A stretch of 64,000 nt of DNA from Nemertoderma westbladi (GCA_032718475.1 JAUCBJ010006053.1:1-64000); one strand, 5' to 3'. Shown: positions 50,108-63,355, counted from the stretch's first letter. The notes: generated by a model from the letters alone, not told the origin. Translations and numbers: made by a program.

Positions 50108-52550
50108 TAGGGTGGAGTGAAAAAAAAAATTTCGTTACTTTTAAGGGAAGCACTATTTTTCTGATGCCAAATCGGTCTAAACTAACATTGCAAAAAAAAA
50201 ATTTTGATTTTGAAAAATTCTAAGCGGGCCTCACGACACTTGAAAATTTCAAATTTTTGGGAAGGCAATGCCAGTTTTGAAATTCTTAGATATTTTGTAT
50301 TTTTGATAAAAGTTAAGGAAGATTCAAATATTTAATGTCAAATAGGTTGGAAACAAGCACAAATTGTGAAATTGTGATTTTCATATAAATCTACCCCAGC
50401 CTCATGGCCTTTAAAATTTTGCAAAATTTGCCAAATTTAGCCCTAAAAATACAGCAAACCTACTTTGTAGTCTGTATAGTTGAAATCGATTTACTGTGAT
50501 TTGGAGTTCTTCCTGAGTGAAAACCAAGTCCCCTGATTTGATCACAACTATATTTCAATACTAGAAACCCAGCTAGCTGGCTGTGATTTTGCCTTTGGAT
50601 CAAGTAACAGCAGTTAATAAACAACAGTAGGCCTAGGTCTAGGAAGAAGGATAATTCTAAATTAGGAAAACACTAGTAAAACACTAGAAAAACATATGAA
50701 AAACACTGTAAAGCACCCGGAAAACATTAAAATTATTGATCAACAGGAAATTTAATACATCGATTACACTGAATTGGTAATCTCAAATGTACTCCTCGCA
50801 TAGCACACGTTAAGTAATCTCCGTAAAACATAGGGAAAACACTATAAACCCTCTGGACAACAGTGAAATTTTACCTATATTTCGCTAGAAAGCGGGGTAG
50901 CTCAATTGGCTGAGTGCCAGGCCTGCAATCGATTGGTTGTAGGTTCAGCCCCAGCAGGGTCCACTCAGCCGCCTTTCATCCACTGGGGTCGATAAATTGA
51001 GTACCAGTTAAATAACTGGGAGCAAATCTTGGGATAATAGTAGCGCCCACCCCTACCCTCGGTAGCATCTATCGAAAGAGGAGCCTTCGGGTCGCCTCAA
51101 CTGTTCGCTTGATATGCTGCTAATAATACTAGGTGAAAGAAGAATCAATCAGCATGCAGTTCAGCACTATCCTTGTTTTACTGGTCAGCCAGTAGTACCA
51201 GTGTTGCTGTATTCTGGTATTACATCGTGTATTCCAGTATTGTTAGTGTTAGATCAATTCATCTGCTAAATGTTGGCAGTTGAAGTGCAGAAGTTGTTTA
51301 TTATTAAGTTGTTATTTATTATAAAGGATACCAGTCATACCAGAAAACCGAACTGACAAGAAAATCATGTGTGTGTTCTAGATCTTGCATGCGCGCTTCT
51401 AGCCACACTGGTATGCCACTTCACTGCAGTATCTCTGTACGTAGAACAGACCCTCTTGCTGTCTTAATATTAAATACCGCAACATCTGCACTTTAACTGT
51501 TCAACATTTAGCAGATGACAAGATCCAACACTAACAATAGTTTTAGTTTTAGTTATTACAAGTAAAATAGTTTTATTTGAATACTGGAATACACTAACCA
51601 GAATACACCATTAATGTGCCTCTACCGACTGACCAGTAAAACTGTTGAAATTCATGCTGATTGGTTACTGTTCCTTGGTTGCCGGGCAACAATGGTTTCT
51701 GTGTAGTATTAGACACTTTCAACTTATTTTTTAGCTGCATATTAGGTAAAATTTAATGCTATTTAATGCCAATCATTTTTTGACTGTTTTCTGGACAGTT
51801 TATAGTTGTCCCTATGTTTTACATAAATTACTTAATGGTGTGCTATGCGAGGAGTACATTTAAGATTACCAATTCAGTGTAATACATGTTTTAAATTTCC
51901 TGTTGATCAATATTTTTACTTTTTCCGGGTGCATTACTGTGTTTTTCATCTGTTTTTCTAGTGCTTTACTGTTTTACTAGTGTTTTCCTAATTTAGAATT
52001 ATCCTTCTTCCTATACCTACTGTGGTTTATAATATACTGTACTTATTGGGAATTTGATCCAAAGGTAAATTCACAGCCAGCAAGCTGGGTTTCCAGTATT
52101 GAAATATAGTTGTAATCAGATCAGGGGACTTGGTTTTCACTCAGGAAGAACTCCCAACCCTAGTAAATCGATTTCAACTATAGAGACTACGAAGTAGGTT
52201 TGCTGTATTTTAAGGGTGAAATTTGGCAAATTTTGCAAAATTTTAAAGGCCATGAGGCTGGGGTAGATTTATATGAAAATCACAATTTCACATTTTGTGT
52301 TTATTTCCAACCTATTTGACATTAAATATTTGCATCTTCCTTAACTTTTATCAAAAATACAAAATATCTGGGATTTTCAAAATTGGCATTGCCTTCTCAA
52401 AAATTTGAAATTTTCAGGTGTTGTGAGGCCCGCTTAGAATTTTTCGAAATCAAAAATTTTTTTTTGCAAAGTTAGTTTAGACCGATTTGGCATCAGAAAA
52501 ATACTGCTTCCCTTAAAAATAAAGAAAAATTTTTTTTTCACTCCACCCTA
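50108..52550. mobile_element. hAT-type foldback element (non-coding, 2443 bp)
   Basis: TAGGGTGGAGTGAAAA ends; 8-bp TSD TTATATAT; outer arms ~50108-50880 / 51742-52550 and inner arms ~51143-51300 / 51480-51665. Confidence 0.92.
50891..51110 (+). mobile_element. tRNA-derived SINE with Deu/Nin-like core
   Basis: A box tagctcaattgg; B-box-like ggttcagccc; core gtccactcagcc..tttcatcc..ggggtcgataaattgagtaccag; absent from the opposite arm. Confidence 0.75.
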
Positions 52551-53796
52551 TTATATATAGCGATTGCGACTTATGTTGTTGTGGTTTGTAGTGAATTTAA
52601 TGCTATTTGATAAGCACTACATTGGTCCGTTGCTATTCCCTTTATATGTGATAAAATTCATTGACGGTCGGCAAATTAGTGAGCAGTATTGTGTGTTACC
52701 GGTAGTGTGCATGATTGTGACTGATAACTAAGCATTTCCTAAAGAATGCGCCTCATACGTGAATCTTAAGCCTTGCCGACTTACCGTTGTGATTAGTGTA
52801 AGTCATATCTCGGTTTACTTAGATAGAGCGCCACGTCCTAAAGGAATTGTTAATATTTCCCGAAAGTAAATAATATTAGTCAGAAATTAATTATTAACGA
52901 TCAATCGAATAATACAATACAGTAAGCTTCACTGCAATAATAATTTAAGCCCTCAGAATCCAGTCTCCCGGGAATATCCAGCGGGTGAATGGACGCGCAC
53001 TAGGCTGGCTTCTGCTAATGTTGTGTTTATTGGTATTAAATATTTGTCATCTTCTAAAGTATATCTATAAACCAAAAGACATATAAATTTTGGCAGGTTA
53101 AACTGCTAAAGGTCTTCAAAAGCGCGTACAACCTCAACTTATTGATCAGAATTTTGATGGAGCTTATTAAGTGCAAAGCTCAAGTAGATATTTTCTATTT
53201 TGGAATGTATATTATTTTATTTCATTGAAACACATCCTGTGGTCATGCAATCAGTGATCGCATGGAAGGAAGTAACTGTAGAGAATATATTAGGTTTAAT
53301 AATATATATCAAATTTAATTTATCAAAGTTATATAATAATATTATATATCCACACCTGACCCAGGTCCCAGCACCAGCCTTACTCATTTTTTCAACGATT
53401 TTTATTTGAATCAAATGAATTAACTCCGAAAGTTTCCAAGAATAAATGAAAAAGTTTCCAAGAACAGCACCTCGTGCGGTGCGCTTGCTGGCGAGCTGGT
53501 GCGCTTCATAACTGGGACTGAATTTTGGGGAACCATTTGCCCCGCTTGTGGGCGTATCTTTGTTTAAAAAAATAACTGGGACTGAATACATCCTCTCATG
53601 CGTGTTTTAGTACACAAGAGATCCCATCGGACCACGTAACATATGAAACTTTAAAGGCTGCTTTTATAACAGCCACAACTGATGGCTAAACTTATGAATT
53701 GATTTATTTATTACAGGTATTATAATACTGTATCAGCTATGTGTCCCATAATTAATATAATGAATTAATAATTAAATATAGAATTGACTTAATTTA

Positions 53797-55250
53797 CAAC
53801 ATACAACAAGAGTCCCACAAGAAATGAAAACAAATAAGTTGGTGCCAGTTCCCAAGAAGGGCAACCTAACACTCTATGGTTCTTTTCGGGGAATCTCATT
53901 GATCTCGATTGCTGCAAAGCTATACAATAGGATTCTATTAAATCGCATCAGGGATCCCATTGAGAGACTGCTCCGTGGAAATCAGAATGGGTTCCGTAAA
54001 GGTCGTGGGACCATGGAGCCCATTTTGGCACTTAGAAGGATAATTGAAGAATTATCAAAAAAGAAAGACAGGCATCTGGCTGTTATCTTTGTTGACTTCT
54101 TCAAGGCCTTTGATTCAGTCTCTCGCTCACGTATGTTCAGCATACTTTCATTATATGGGATTCCTGATGAAATTATTGCAGCAATCAGATCAGTATACGA
54201 TGGTTCGACAACATTTGTGTCTACTGTTGACGGTGACACAGAACCATTTGAAGTGTTATGGGGCGTCCTCCAAGGAGACACACTTGCACCATTCTTGTTC
54301 ATTATTGTGGTTGACTATGTTCTACGCATGTCCTTAGATCATCATAATGATGATGGGGTGATGATAACTCCACCTACTGGCTCCAGAAGTCGAGGAAATC
54401 CTGCCAAGTACCTAACTGATCTAGACTTTGCTGATGACTTAGGAGTACTATCAGAATCATTAGAGGGAGCCCAACGGCTCCTCAGCTCATTAGAACATGC
54501 TGCTTCTAGTGTTGGTCTTTTTATTAACTCCAGGAAGACCAAAATTCTGACAGTTAACTTTGAAAGTCCTCAGCAAGTCTCTGATCGGATGAGCATAAGC
54601 TCAAAGGATGGTATGCTTGAGCATGTGGACGACTTCTGTTACCTGGGATCATGGATCCGGAAGTCAGGTGAGGACCTTCGAATATGTAAGGGAAAGGCAT
54701 GGGCAGCCTTGAATAGGCTTTCCAGGATTTGGAAGTCACCGAGAATTAATCGGAAACTTAAGGTCCGATTATTTAGAGCAGCAGTAGTTCCAGTACTCCT
54801 CTATGGGAGTCCATGCTGGGCTCTAACTGCTGAGGACACCAAATCTCTGGATGGCACATTCACAAGAATGCTACGCCGGGTTCATTGTGTCAAGTACAAT
54901 GGACACATCTCCAACCAGGCACTATATAACATTGGAGGTGTCTCATTGGTTCCCCCAAGCTTGACACTAGAACAAAATCGCCTCCGCTTTGCAGAACATT
55001 GCTTTCACCGTGAGGACCAGCCAGTGCATAATCTTGTACTTTGGCAGCCTCATGGAGTGAATAAGCATGGTGGACAGCCCATGACTTTCTTGAGACGCAT
55101 CTTAAAGGACACTGGCCTTAAAGATGCGGATGATCTAGCAAATGTCATGGGTGATAGGGAGTTGTGGCGGTGCAATTTTGTTGACAAGCCGGCACAGCAT
55201 TCTTAAAAATGCAGCTGCAATGCAGCATGCCGATCCTAGTAGTAGTAGTA
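53797..55250 (+). mobile_element. 5'-truncated RTE-type LINE
   Basis: 11-bp TSD GACTTAATTTA (53786-96, 55251-61); (TAG)n tail; very short 3' UTR. Confidence 0.92.
53824..55206 (+). CDS. RTE-type reverse transcriptase (open but N-terminally truncated)
   Basis: FRGISL, QNGFR, DFFKAFDSV, GVLQGDTLAPFLF, DLDFADD, FCYLGS and VLLYG motifs. Confidence 0.9.
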   Translation: MKTNKLVPVPKKGNLTLYGSFRGISLISIAAKLYNRILLNRIRDPIERLLRGNQNGFRKGRGTMEPILALRRIIEELSKKKDRHLAVIFVDFFKAFDSVSRSRMFSILSLYGIPDEIIAAIRSVYDGSTTFVSTVDGDTEPFEVLWGVLQGDTLAPFLFIIVVDYVLRMSLDHHNDDGVMITPPTGSRSRGNPAKYLTDLDFADDLGVLSESLEGAQRLLSSLEHAASSVGLFINSRKTKILTVNFESPQQVSDRMSISSKDGMLEHVDDFCYLGSWIRKSGEDLRICKGKAWAALNRLSRIWKSPRINRKLKVRLFRAAVVPVLLYGSPCWALTAEDTKSLDGTFTRMLRRVHCVKYNGHISNQALYNIGGVSLVPPSLTLEQNRLRFAEHCFHREDQPVHNLVLWQPHGVNKHGGQPMTFLRRILKDTGLKDADDLANVMGDRELWRCNFVDKPAQHS

Positions 55251-56860
55251 GACTTAATTTAATTGTTGTATGTACTCACACGCCCATATACTCTTTGCGC
55301 CTGCTGTCTCTTAATATAGTTTCGTGGTCGCATTCCACCAACCGATGAGTAGCATGAGTGATGTGGGCTCTTGAAATTCTTCGTTAGATCGCAGGGACAA
55401 TAAGTTCTCCAGGGGTGGTGAAGCTGACCCGATGGTGGTTGATTCGGATGCTCAACTCAGGCTGAGCTATAAAGCATCCACAGCTTACCTTAGTACCCTG
55501 CTGCCAATCACAGAGTGACCACCACCCTGCACACGTTTTTGTCTTGATAGCAGCTCTATGAATAATTAGCAGTTGCCCCTGCAGTTGGAACATATTATAC
55601 CCGAGGTGAGTGTCTGGCTCCAGAGATAAAGTGAGACTCTGGAGGAACTCTGAGTCGGCTGGTCTCAATGCAAAATGAATATCTAATGATCCCAATGTTC
55701 CCAATGCCATGAATAAACCGTTGAACTCAAGTTCTATTATGGTGACAATGGAGTCTATACCGACTTCTTCATACTTCGGATGCGTTTTGGACTGTGTGGC
55801 AGTTTTGCTAAATACAATAGCAGTGATTCCGACCCTGTCGCCTTGAACAATCATTCAATCGAATTGCTTTTCACCTGCAATGTCGGATCTCATAGCTGGT
55901 GGTCCGCCTACCTCCCGTTCTATTCCTGTAGGAGACTTGACAGGTTTGTCACATTTTCAGATATTAAAAATTGTGGAAATCAGCACATGACCGTGCTGTC
56001 AATGACGATGGCTTTGTCTCCACCCATTCACCACTGAGTAATCGAATATCCATGGTTGAAATGGTTCGTTGTTAATGACTATTGGGTTATCCATAATCTG
56101 CAGAAAATAATAATATTGTATTTATGTAGTACTATAGTTATCGTACTCTTAAAATATTATACCGCTAACATTTACTCACTAAGTTAGCACTACAGCAGAT
56201 TCAGCCAATATGTTGATGCAGACATGAGAAGCTGTGGCGCATCGTAATATTTCGACATTGGATATTACTTTACTTATGCTTATCGTTTCTCAAGCCGTAA
56301 TAATTCACACTAACCAATCCCAGTCACATCATGCGACTCCAAATTTCGAAATATGTTTTAATGTCACTTTTCTCCTTTTGGATTTTAAACGAATAATAGT
56401 TAAACCTATTAAACAAAAGAAATTGAATTGAAAACGAAAGAGAGGAATATTACATACTGCATATGTGTTATTTTATATATGTTAGATATAACACCACTAA
56501 CTAGCAACAGCATTTTATATTTATTTCATTACACAAAATTAATAATAATAATTTGTACATAATATTTCAAATTGATCCAACAATATGTGCAGGTGATACT
56601 TTAGACATATCAAACTTATTATAGGCCAAAGGGCATATAAAACAAAAACAAGCACTGACTGAAGCAAATAAATTACTGTAAAATACCCCCAGGAAGACGA
56701 AAGACAACTTGGATTAATATCAATAATCTATATCAATATACCATCATATCAATGCAAATTACAAGTAAAATACTTGGTAAATTACAGTAAAATAATGGTA
56801 ATAAAAAGATGTTTATAATTAATTAGTATTTTAATATTATTTATATATATTAATATTATT

Positions 56861-59019
56861 TTAGTATTCTAATTTTGATATTTCTTTATCTCTTTTCTCA
56901 TTACAGTTATACGATCGATCATAAATTTGATCAGCAGTTTTGTTTCTTAATTCTTTCAATCCCTTCGATAGGTAAGCCTGCTTCTCATTTCTTCTAACTG
57001 TTTTCCACTTGCATATATCGGTACCATATATTTTTAACATTATAAGTTTTCGGATTTCGACCAAATCGTTCGCCCACCCTTTGAAATATGCGAGGCTCCC
57101 CCTACTCCCTGATCCTCTCTCATAGCTCCCCCTATCCCTTGCTCATCTCTCATAGCTCTCCCTACTCCTCTCCCACAGCTCCTTGCTCCCCTCTCACAGC
57201 TCTCCCCACCCCTTGCGCCCCTCCCATAGCTCACACTGCTCCTTGCTCCCCCCTCACAGCTCTGCCCACCCCCTGCTCTTATCTCATACCTCCTACTACT
57301 TCGTGCCCCCCCCCCCCCCCCCCCCCCCCCTACAGCTCCCACTACTATCTGGTCTACCTCCTGCTTTAGACTGACTTCACCATTACACTCACGCCCAAAT
57401 CTAGTTGCCCAAAATCAGACCCTATTGGTTGATTTTCCTGCTGGTTAACTACAACACTTGCTGTTAAGTTGTCATGGTAAATGACATCAATTGGGAATTA
57501 ATTTTGTCCTGTATCTGCTCCTAGGTTTTCGATTAGTTCGAAGGCTTCCATGGATGTCGGATTGGTAAGCACTTGGTCGTAAAATTTTCTTGCAGTCTCT
57601 ATTGTGTGTTTAATAGTTTAGCAACAATATTCTGCAAATTTGCAGAAGTCACTGTACTTTGGCTCAAGAGTTGAAATTAAATGGTGATTCGCAGTAAAAG
57701 TGGGATTAGATACGGAATTTGGTAGTATAATTTCCCACAACTTTTATGCTGGAGCAGACGCACTGCACTTGCCAGCTTTGAACCGCTACTTGTAGAGAAC
57801 ACATTGTCGATTTTACACATATGATGACAGAATTGACTTCTCTACAATGTGCTATCCAGACCTTGAGGAGATTATATGTATCTAATATCATGGTCAATGT
57901 CGCATCACCGTATTCAGCATTCGTTTTATGCGTCTCAACATTAATAGTAACCTTTTGGCAGTCCTTTGATAGTTCCGATTCTGTATCATATCTGATGTTT
58001 ATTATTTCCGAACCACTCAATCAATTTGTAAAACCAATACGACCAATCAAATTAACTCTGCATTTCCCAGAGAGGGACGCCAGTGGAATTCGACGTAGTA
58101 GAACGTATAGTATTGATGACATGTACTATATTCTGAGAATGTTGAGAGGTGTAAAATTCAACAAGTTCTGGTTTACTTGGCATTCTCTTTGCTGCAGCTT
58201 TTCGGGCTTGAAATTGCGAAACTTTGATATGCTTTGATAAACTTGATGCAGCAAGAATTCGACCCTCCGTCACCTGCGTATTACGAATAATCTCCACCTA
58301 ATTCTGAACAGTGAAACTCATGAAGATTACTCACTTTTGAATATAGACCCGGTTTGTTGACGGCTTGCGGACCTTGGTTGCCGTTTTATTGTCCTCACCC
58401 TGGAGTTTAATATATACGCTTTATCAATTTCGTTGTTATTAAACATATTTTCCAGGGGAATACATTTTTCGTTATTTCTTAGCATTAATGAGTAAAATTT
58501 ATTGACAAGTTGGAATGAAAATGAAGCTGCAGCCGGCGTATACCCGTTTATAGGAGATTTTAGATACTCATCAAACTGGTCCATAAGGGGAATTCTAACT
58601 GCGCTGTCGCGTACATCAGAAACTAAATCTGGCAACTTGTACCTTCCTGGCCAGGACAGGATATTATCTCTATAAGGGTTGGGAACTTCTTTCGCGTTGT
58701 TATCTCTGGTGACTTTAATATTACGAAATTCCAATAAATGGAGTGGTAATCTAAGGACAACTGTTCGACAGAGTTTACAAACTGACGGTCTCCTGTGATA
58801 TTTTCCTTTATTTTCTCATCCTTCAATTGATGCCAACCTTTTTACATTCTTTGGGGCGTTTAGATGAATATTGGGATGTACATCTTTGATATGTTTATGG
58901 AGTTGTTTCACTGATTTCGAGCACCAAGTACATTTTACGTACGGACGTATTCGTTTCTTTGATGGTTGATTGTTTGGTTTGGACACAATAGACACGTTCG
59001 TGGGGCCTTCGCGCAGCAC
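56861..59019 (-). pseudogene. Decayed tyrosine recombinase gene (C2H2 finger - YR - SANT/Myb-like tail), Crypton-like
   Basis: CTWC..QLHKHIKDVH; GFTN*LSGSEIIN; VETHKTNAEYGDATL; IVAKL/KHTIETARKFYD (H..Y, ~57625-57577); RTIWSKSEN..KTADQIYDR. Many frameshifts. Confidence 0.7.
57088..57370. repeat. C-rich low-complexity repeat with poly-C
   Basis: ctctcacagctcc-type units; run of ~25 C at 57306-57330. Confidence 0.85.
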
Positions 59020-59244
59020 GAGGCCCAGTTATTAGATACAAATTAAAATTGAGCGACTGTATCACAAAATCAGGTTTTGAGAAATTTACCCACACCACCA
59101 ATCAATCAAAGAAAGGCGGACAGTACGTGTTCACCCCTTTTAATCCCCCCCCCCCCACCCCACCCTTCCAAACCACCAATACATAACAGGGACATCTACC
59201 ACCCACGGAAGGGTAGCACGAACTTATTTCCAATCGCACGTTAA

Positions 59245-59537
59245 ATATGCAAAGCCAGGTGGTTTATAGGAATATAATAAACGCAGTACTCGTTTTCATT
59301 ATAAGCCTCTTTGCGTTCGTCCTGTTTTGTATTTAAATATATTTCTTAAACGCAGGCTAGGACGATCTTTATAATAATAATAACTAGGGATGCGATCAAT
59401 ATGTGAAGCCAGGTGGTGGTTTATATAATAATTTAGTCAACGCAGTACTCGTCTTCATTATATGCCTCGTTGCGCTCGTCGCTTGTCCTGTTTTGTCATA
59501 AAATATTTTTCCTAAACGCAGACTGACGATCTTTATA
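59245..59537. repeat. Diverged ~150-bp tandem duplication upstream of the YR gene
   Basis: aagccaggtggt..acgcagtactcgt..gtcctgttttgt..gacgatctttata occurs twice. Confidence 0.8.
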
Positions 59538-60409
59538 CAGTTATAACTATGCGAAGTTTCGAAACTGTGCGAGTAACTGTTGATACATCTATGTGGAGAT
59601 GTGTGATATGTGGAGATGTGTGATACAACGCCAACGCATCTTATGCCGATGTAGTAATATGGGTATTGAAATAATATTAAATCAATGTACACTCTTAAAG
59701 CTGCAGCGAAAAAATGTAGCTAATTTCCTAGGTTACATATAAAATAATAGTATTATTTTTAAGAACATTAATTTTACTACTTTGCAAAAATTCAATTAAA
59801 AAATAACCAGACATATACATTGTGGAATAAACTATTTCAGAAGCCTACAACAGCCATGCCATGGATGGTATTTATGTTATTATATCTGTCATTTACCTGA
59901 GATAGCAATACAACACTTATAGTAGAGTCAATACAGGAAGGATGTTGGGATGTTGGATTTAAAGAATGATGTCTGGGCTGGAATAGCAATCCTGGTTGCC
60001 TATTACAATTCCTCTCTGGTTAGTCTACAGCCACAACTCCAAGCCAGCTAGCTCCACACCAGCAGAGACTTGACCAATAATCATTCCCAGCAACTAGCTA
60101 CCTTACACACACATCCTTCCATCGTACCAGCATGTTAGCCAATAAATGAGCAGTATTTAATGAGAATCAATTTTTTATGACGTTTTAATTACTTTAGATC
60201 AATTAAAGACACAATTAATAAAGCAAATCACTTGAACTAATTAAAAACTATAATAGAATGGCGTATGTGGATTACATCTGTATAATTTTTAAGTATAATT
60301 ATTTAAATCTTATACTGTAAAACAATTAATTTCCTTTAAAAGGCAGGTTGAAAATGGTGTTTTTACCGTAATCAACTTAATTAACTAATTAACTGCTATT
60401 ATCTTAGCT

Positions 60410-60605
60410 TGTCGAAGGCCACACGGAAATTCTACTTGGAAAATTTCTAAACTTTTGCCAAACAACATGTGTACCAAGTTTGGATAGATTTCATCAAAGA
60501 TTGGCTGAGTTATTAACGTTTAAAATTGGACGCGACAGAACGACAGAACGACAGGTTGATTAATGGTACCACTACGCTAAGGCTCACTCACTTCGTGGCT
60601 CGCCC
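60410..60605 (-). mobile_element. Helentron/DINE-like non-autonomous fragment
   Basis: Diverged inverted copy of 63356-63555; GC-rich end, acag microsatellite-like tract, accaagtttgg core. Confidence 0.5.
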
Positions 60606-61670
60606 CACATATGTGTTTTTATTCCTCCAGCATGATCATTAGATGATGATTGCATATTCCTATCCTCGATATCTTCTAACACATTAGGTTCCATACCGCC
60701 AACATAAGATTCCTTTTGCATCGATTTTTTCATCATACCAGTTGGGATCTAATCTGGATCCACTGGCAACAAAATAATACGCAATTAATTAAAAATGTTA
60801 AAAAATGAATTTCTAGAATAATCGGACATGAAAAACCACACAAAATGATTACACTCTAGTTTCTGTAAATCTTAATGAAACATGCATGCATGCTATTCGA
60901 AACAAAGATAGTTTCGCCCATGTGAAGAATACCAGGTTTTCACTTTTCGGCCAAGTTTTTTTTGAAATCTTATATAATGCCGCCACAACTCTGACATGAG
61001 ATGGCATTGTGTAAATGCAATGTTTAGCCCTATTTGGCTCTGGGGGGGGGGTAGGGGGGGTGTGTCATTTTATAAATTTTTATTTATTGAGTCAGGTATG
61101 TCGGGAAAACCGCGATTTCGTGAGTTTTCCTAAAATTTAATGGGTTATCCATTAGAGCAAACGCCATTTACATGGCTAGGCTATGTTAGTTTTCGTATTC
61201 CAGTATTTCTCGTGCTAAATTTTTCAAATGTTTTTATAATAATTTATTTATTTGCGGTATATAGTGGTTTTTTGGGTGCTGATCACGGTTGTAGAACTCA
61301 AATATAACATTCGAGAATATTTTTTGGTAATTTTGAGTGTGCCGGAACACTCAAAACTGAAACACTAAAAACTGCTTAGCCTTCTTGGGCTCTCTTGTGC
61401 TTTACCATGCCAATTTTGCTACTTTTTTGGCAATTTTTATGTGTATGAAAATAATAATAATTCATTTGCATTATATTTAAATGACACCATAAAATGAAAT
61501 AGTAATAGTTTGACAATTGTGGTTTATTCTAGATAAAACTATTGAATTCTAATTTAGGTTTCATATTTCTAATTAGCTATGGTTATTAAGCAAGCATACC
61601 ATCCCACATTCAATTACCTAATAAAACTTTCGATATTAGGTAGTACTATTATTTGTACGAATTAATTAGT

Positions 61671-62960
61671 TTAACCCTATTAGTACCGGGCTATAAAATG
61701 TTGTACAAATACCGGGGAGGGGTCATATTGACCCCCCACCCCTCTAAAATCTACAAATTTTTACGAAAACGTCCGATTTTTTGTTTATAAGTAGGTATCA
61801 CTAGTCTGGATCCGACTGAAAAAAAATTTTCGAAAAGATGTACTGGGGTGGTTATATTGCAGCACCAAAATTCCAAGTAGAGCACAATTTTCACAAAATT
61901 TGAAAGTTACATTTTTCGGCTAATTGTTTTTCAATACAGTTTTCTGGGGCGCAAAATACATTGGAAAATATTTAAAAATGATACTTACTGACTTACTTAC
62001 TAATGATAATTACTATCAATGGCTGTTTAGTCCTCTCTGTGTAGGAAAAAAAATGAAAAAAACAAGTAACCAGCACTTTTCAGTAGAACACAAAATTTTT
62101 AATTCACTTATACGATGCTATAAATTCACATTTTCAGGTTTTCTAGGGCGCTGACTCTAATGGAATACATTTATAATATGCCAGATCATTGCTTCTTGTA
62201 TTTTTTGGCGTAATTTGGCAAATTGTGGTGCTAGCGCCAAATAAATTTCGTACCCATCACCAAAAAGTACAAGTTTGCGATGTCCAGTGCTGTTTTTATT
62301 GATTCCATCGAATTCAGGACCCTCATAAACCCGTATAACGCAATAAACAAGATGATACTATCTACTGATCAATTTGCTTATTTTCCAAAATTTGGAAACA
62401 ACAATTTTCAGCCACCAGGCGGAAAATACTTTTTGAAAGCGTTTGAAAACTCTTATGAAATTTTTACTGATTCCATTGAATTCAGAACCCTCACAAACCC
62501 GTATAACGCAAGAAACAAGGTGACACAATCAATTGATATATTTGATGGTTTTCAAAATTTGGTGGTAACACCACATTTTGCACCCACTTCCACTGATCAA
62601 TTTGCTTATTTTCCAAAATTTGGAAACAACAATTTTCACCCACCAGGCGGAAAATACTTTTTGAAAGCGTTTGAAAACTCTTATGAAATTTTTACTGATT
62701 CCATTGAATTCAGAACCCTCACAAACCCGTATAACGCAAGAAACAAGGTGACACAATCAATTGATATATTTGATGGTTTTCAAAATTTGGTGGTAACACC
62801 ACATTTTGCACCCACTTCCGAAAAATACAAGTTTGAGATGTCTAGTTCGATAATTATATATTCCATTGAATTCAGAACAGCCATAAACCTCTAAAACGCA
62901 AGAAATATATTGTCACAAGCAATTTTATCTATTGAATGGATTTTCAAAATTTCGTGCTAA
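61671..62960 (+). mobile_element. piggyBac-like non-autonomous element remnant
   Basis: TTAA-CCCTATT start and ggggtcatattgacccc palindrome; right end not found. Confidence 0.4.
62364..62819. repeat. Near-perfect 228-bp tandem duplication
   Basis: actgatcaatttgc at 62364 and 62592; ttccat.gaattcag motif recurs 4 times in 62300-62880. Confidence 0.92.
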
Positions 62961-63355
62961 TTCCGGCTTCATGTGGACATCGATGGTGAGTGGAACTAGT
63001 TGTGTTTCAAATTTCAAGCAATGTGATAAAGATTGTAGAAAACTCTGGTGGGGGGGGGGGGGTCCGTGTCATCAGAAAATGACACTATATTACGGGTCAT
63101 GTATATACTGAACACCCAACCTTCATCTTACTTAGTTCCAGAACCATTTCCATAAAGAAGTCTGTAATCCATGTGGTCATGTTATTAATTTATTACATTG
63201 TAATTATTACACAGCATTTCATTTCATCCTCTTTGTTTATCATCAGTTCCATTGCGAATTTAGTTCGAGCTTTTGGGATAGAATGTACTTGCTGAGGTTG
63301 ACCTCTTGTTCAAAAATAGTTTCGAAATTTGTGTCTTCTGCGACTTGGGCTTGTG

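Larger units (their letters stand above)
38896..53130 (+). mobile_element. BEL/Pao LTR retrotransposon, non-autonomous (no RT or integrase)
   Basis: TGT..ACA LTRs; 5-bp TSD ACCTC (38891-95, 53131-35); PPT GGGAGCGG before 49418; BEL-type gag and protease. Confidence 0.95.
49418..53130 (+). repeat. 3' LTR, interrupted at 50108-52550
   Basis: Matches the 5' LTR on both sides of the insertion. Confidence 0.95.

Noticed and set aside
50891-50965. tRNA gene
   Set aside because: Degenerate cloverleaf continuing into a SINE core; treated as a SINE head.
57040-57374. Gly/Arg- and Pro-rich ORFs
   Set aside because: Low-complexity C-rich repeat; at most a linker of the YR pseudogene.
62280-62894. 204-aa ORF
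   Set aside because: Produced by the 228-bp tandem duplication; no recognisable motif.
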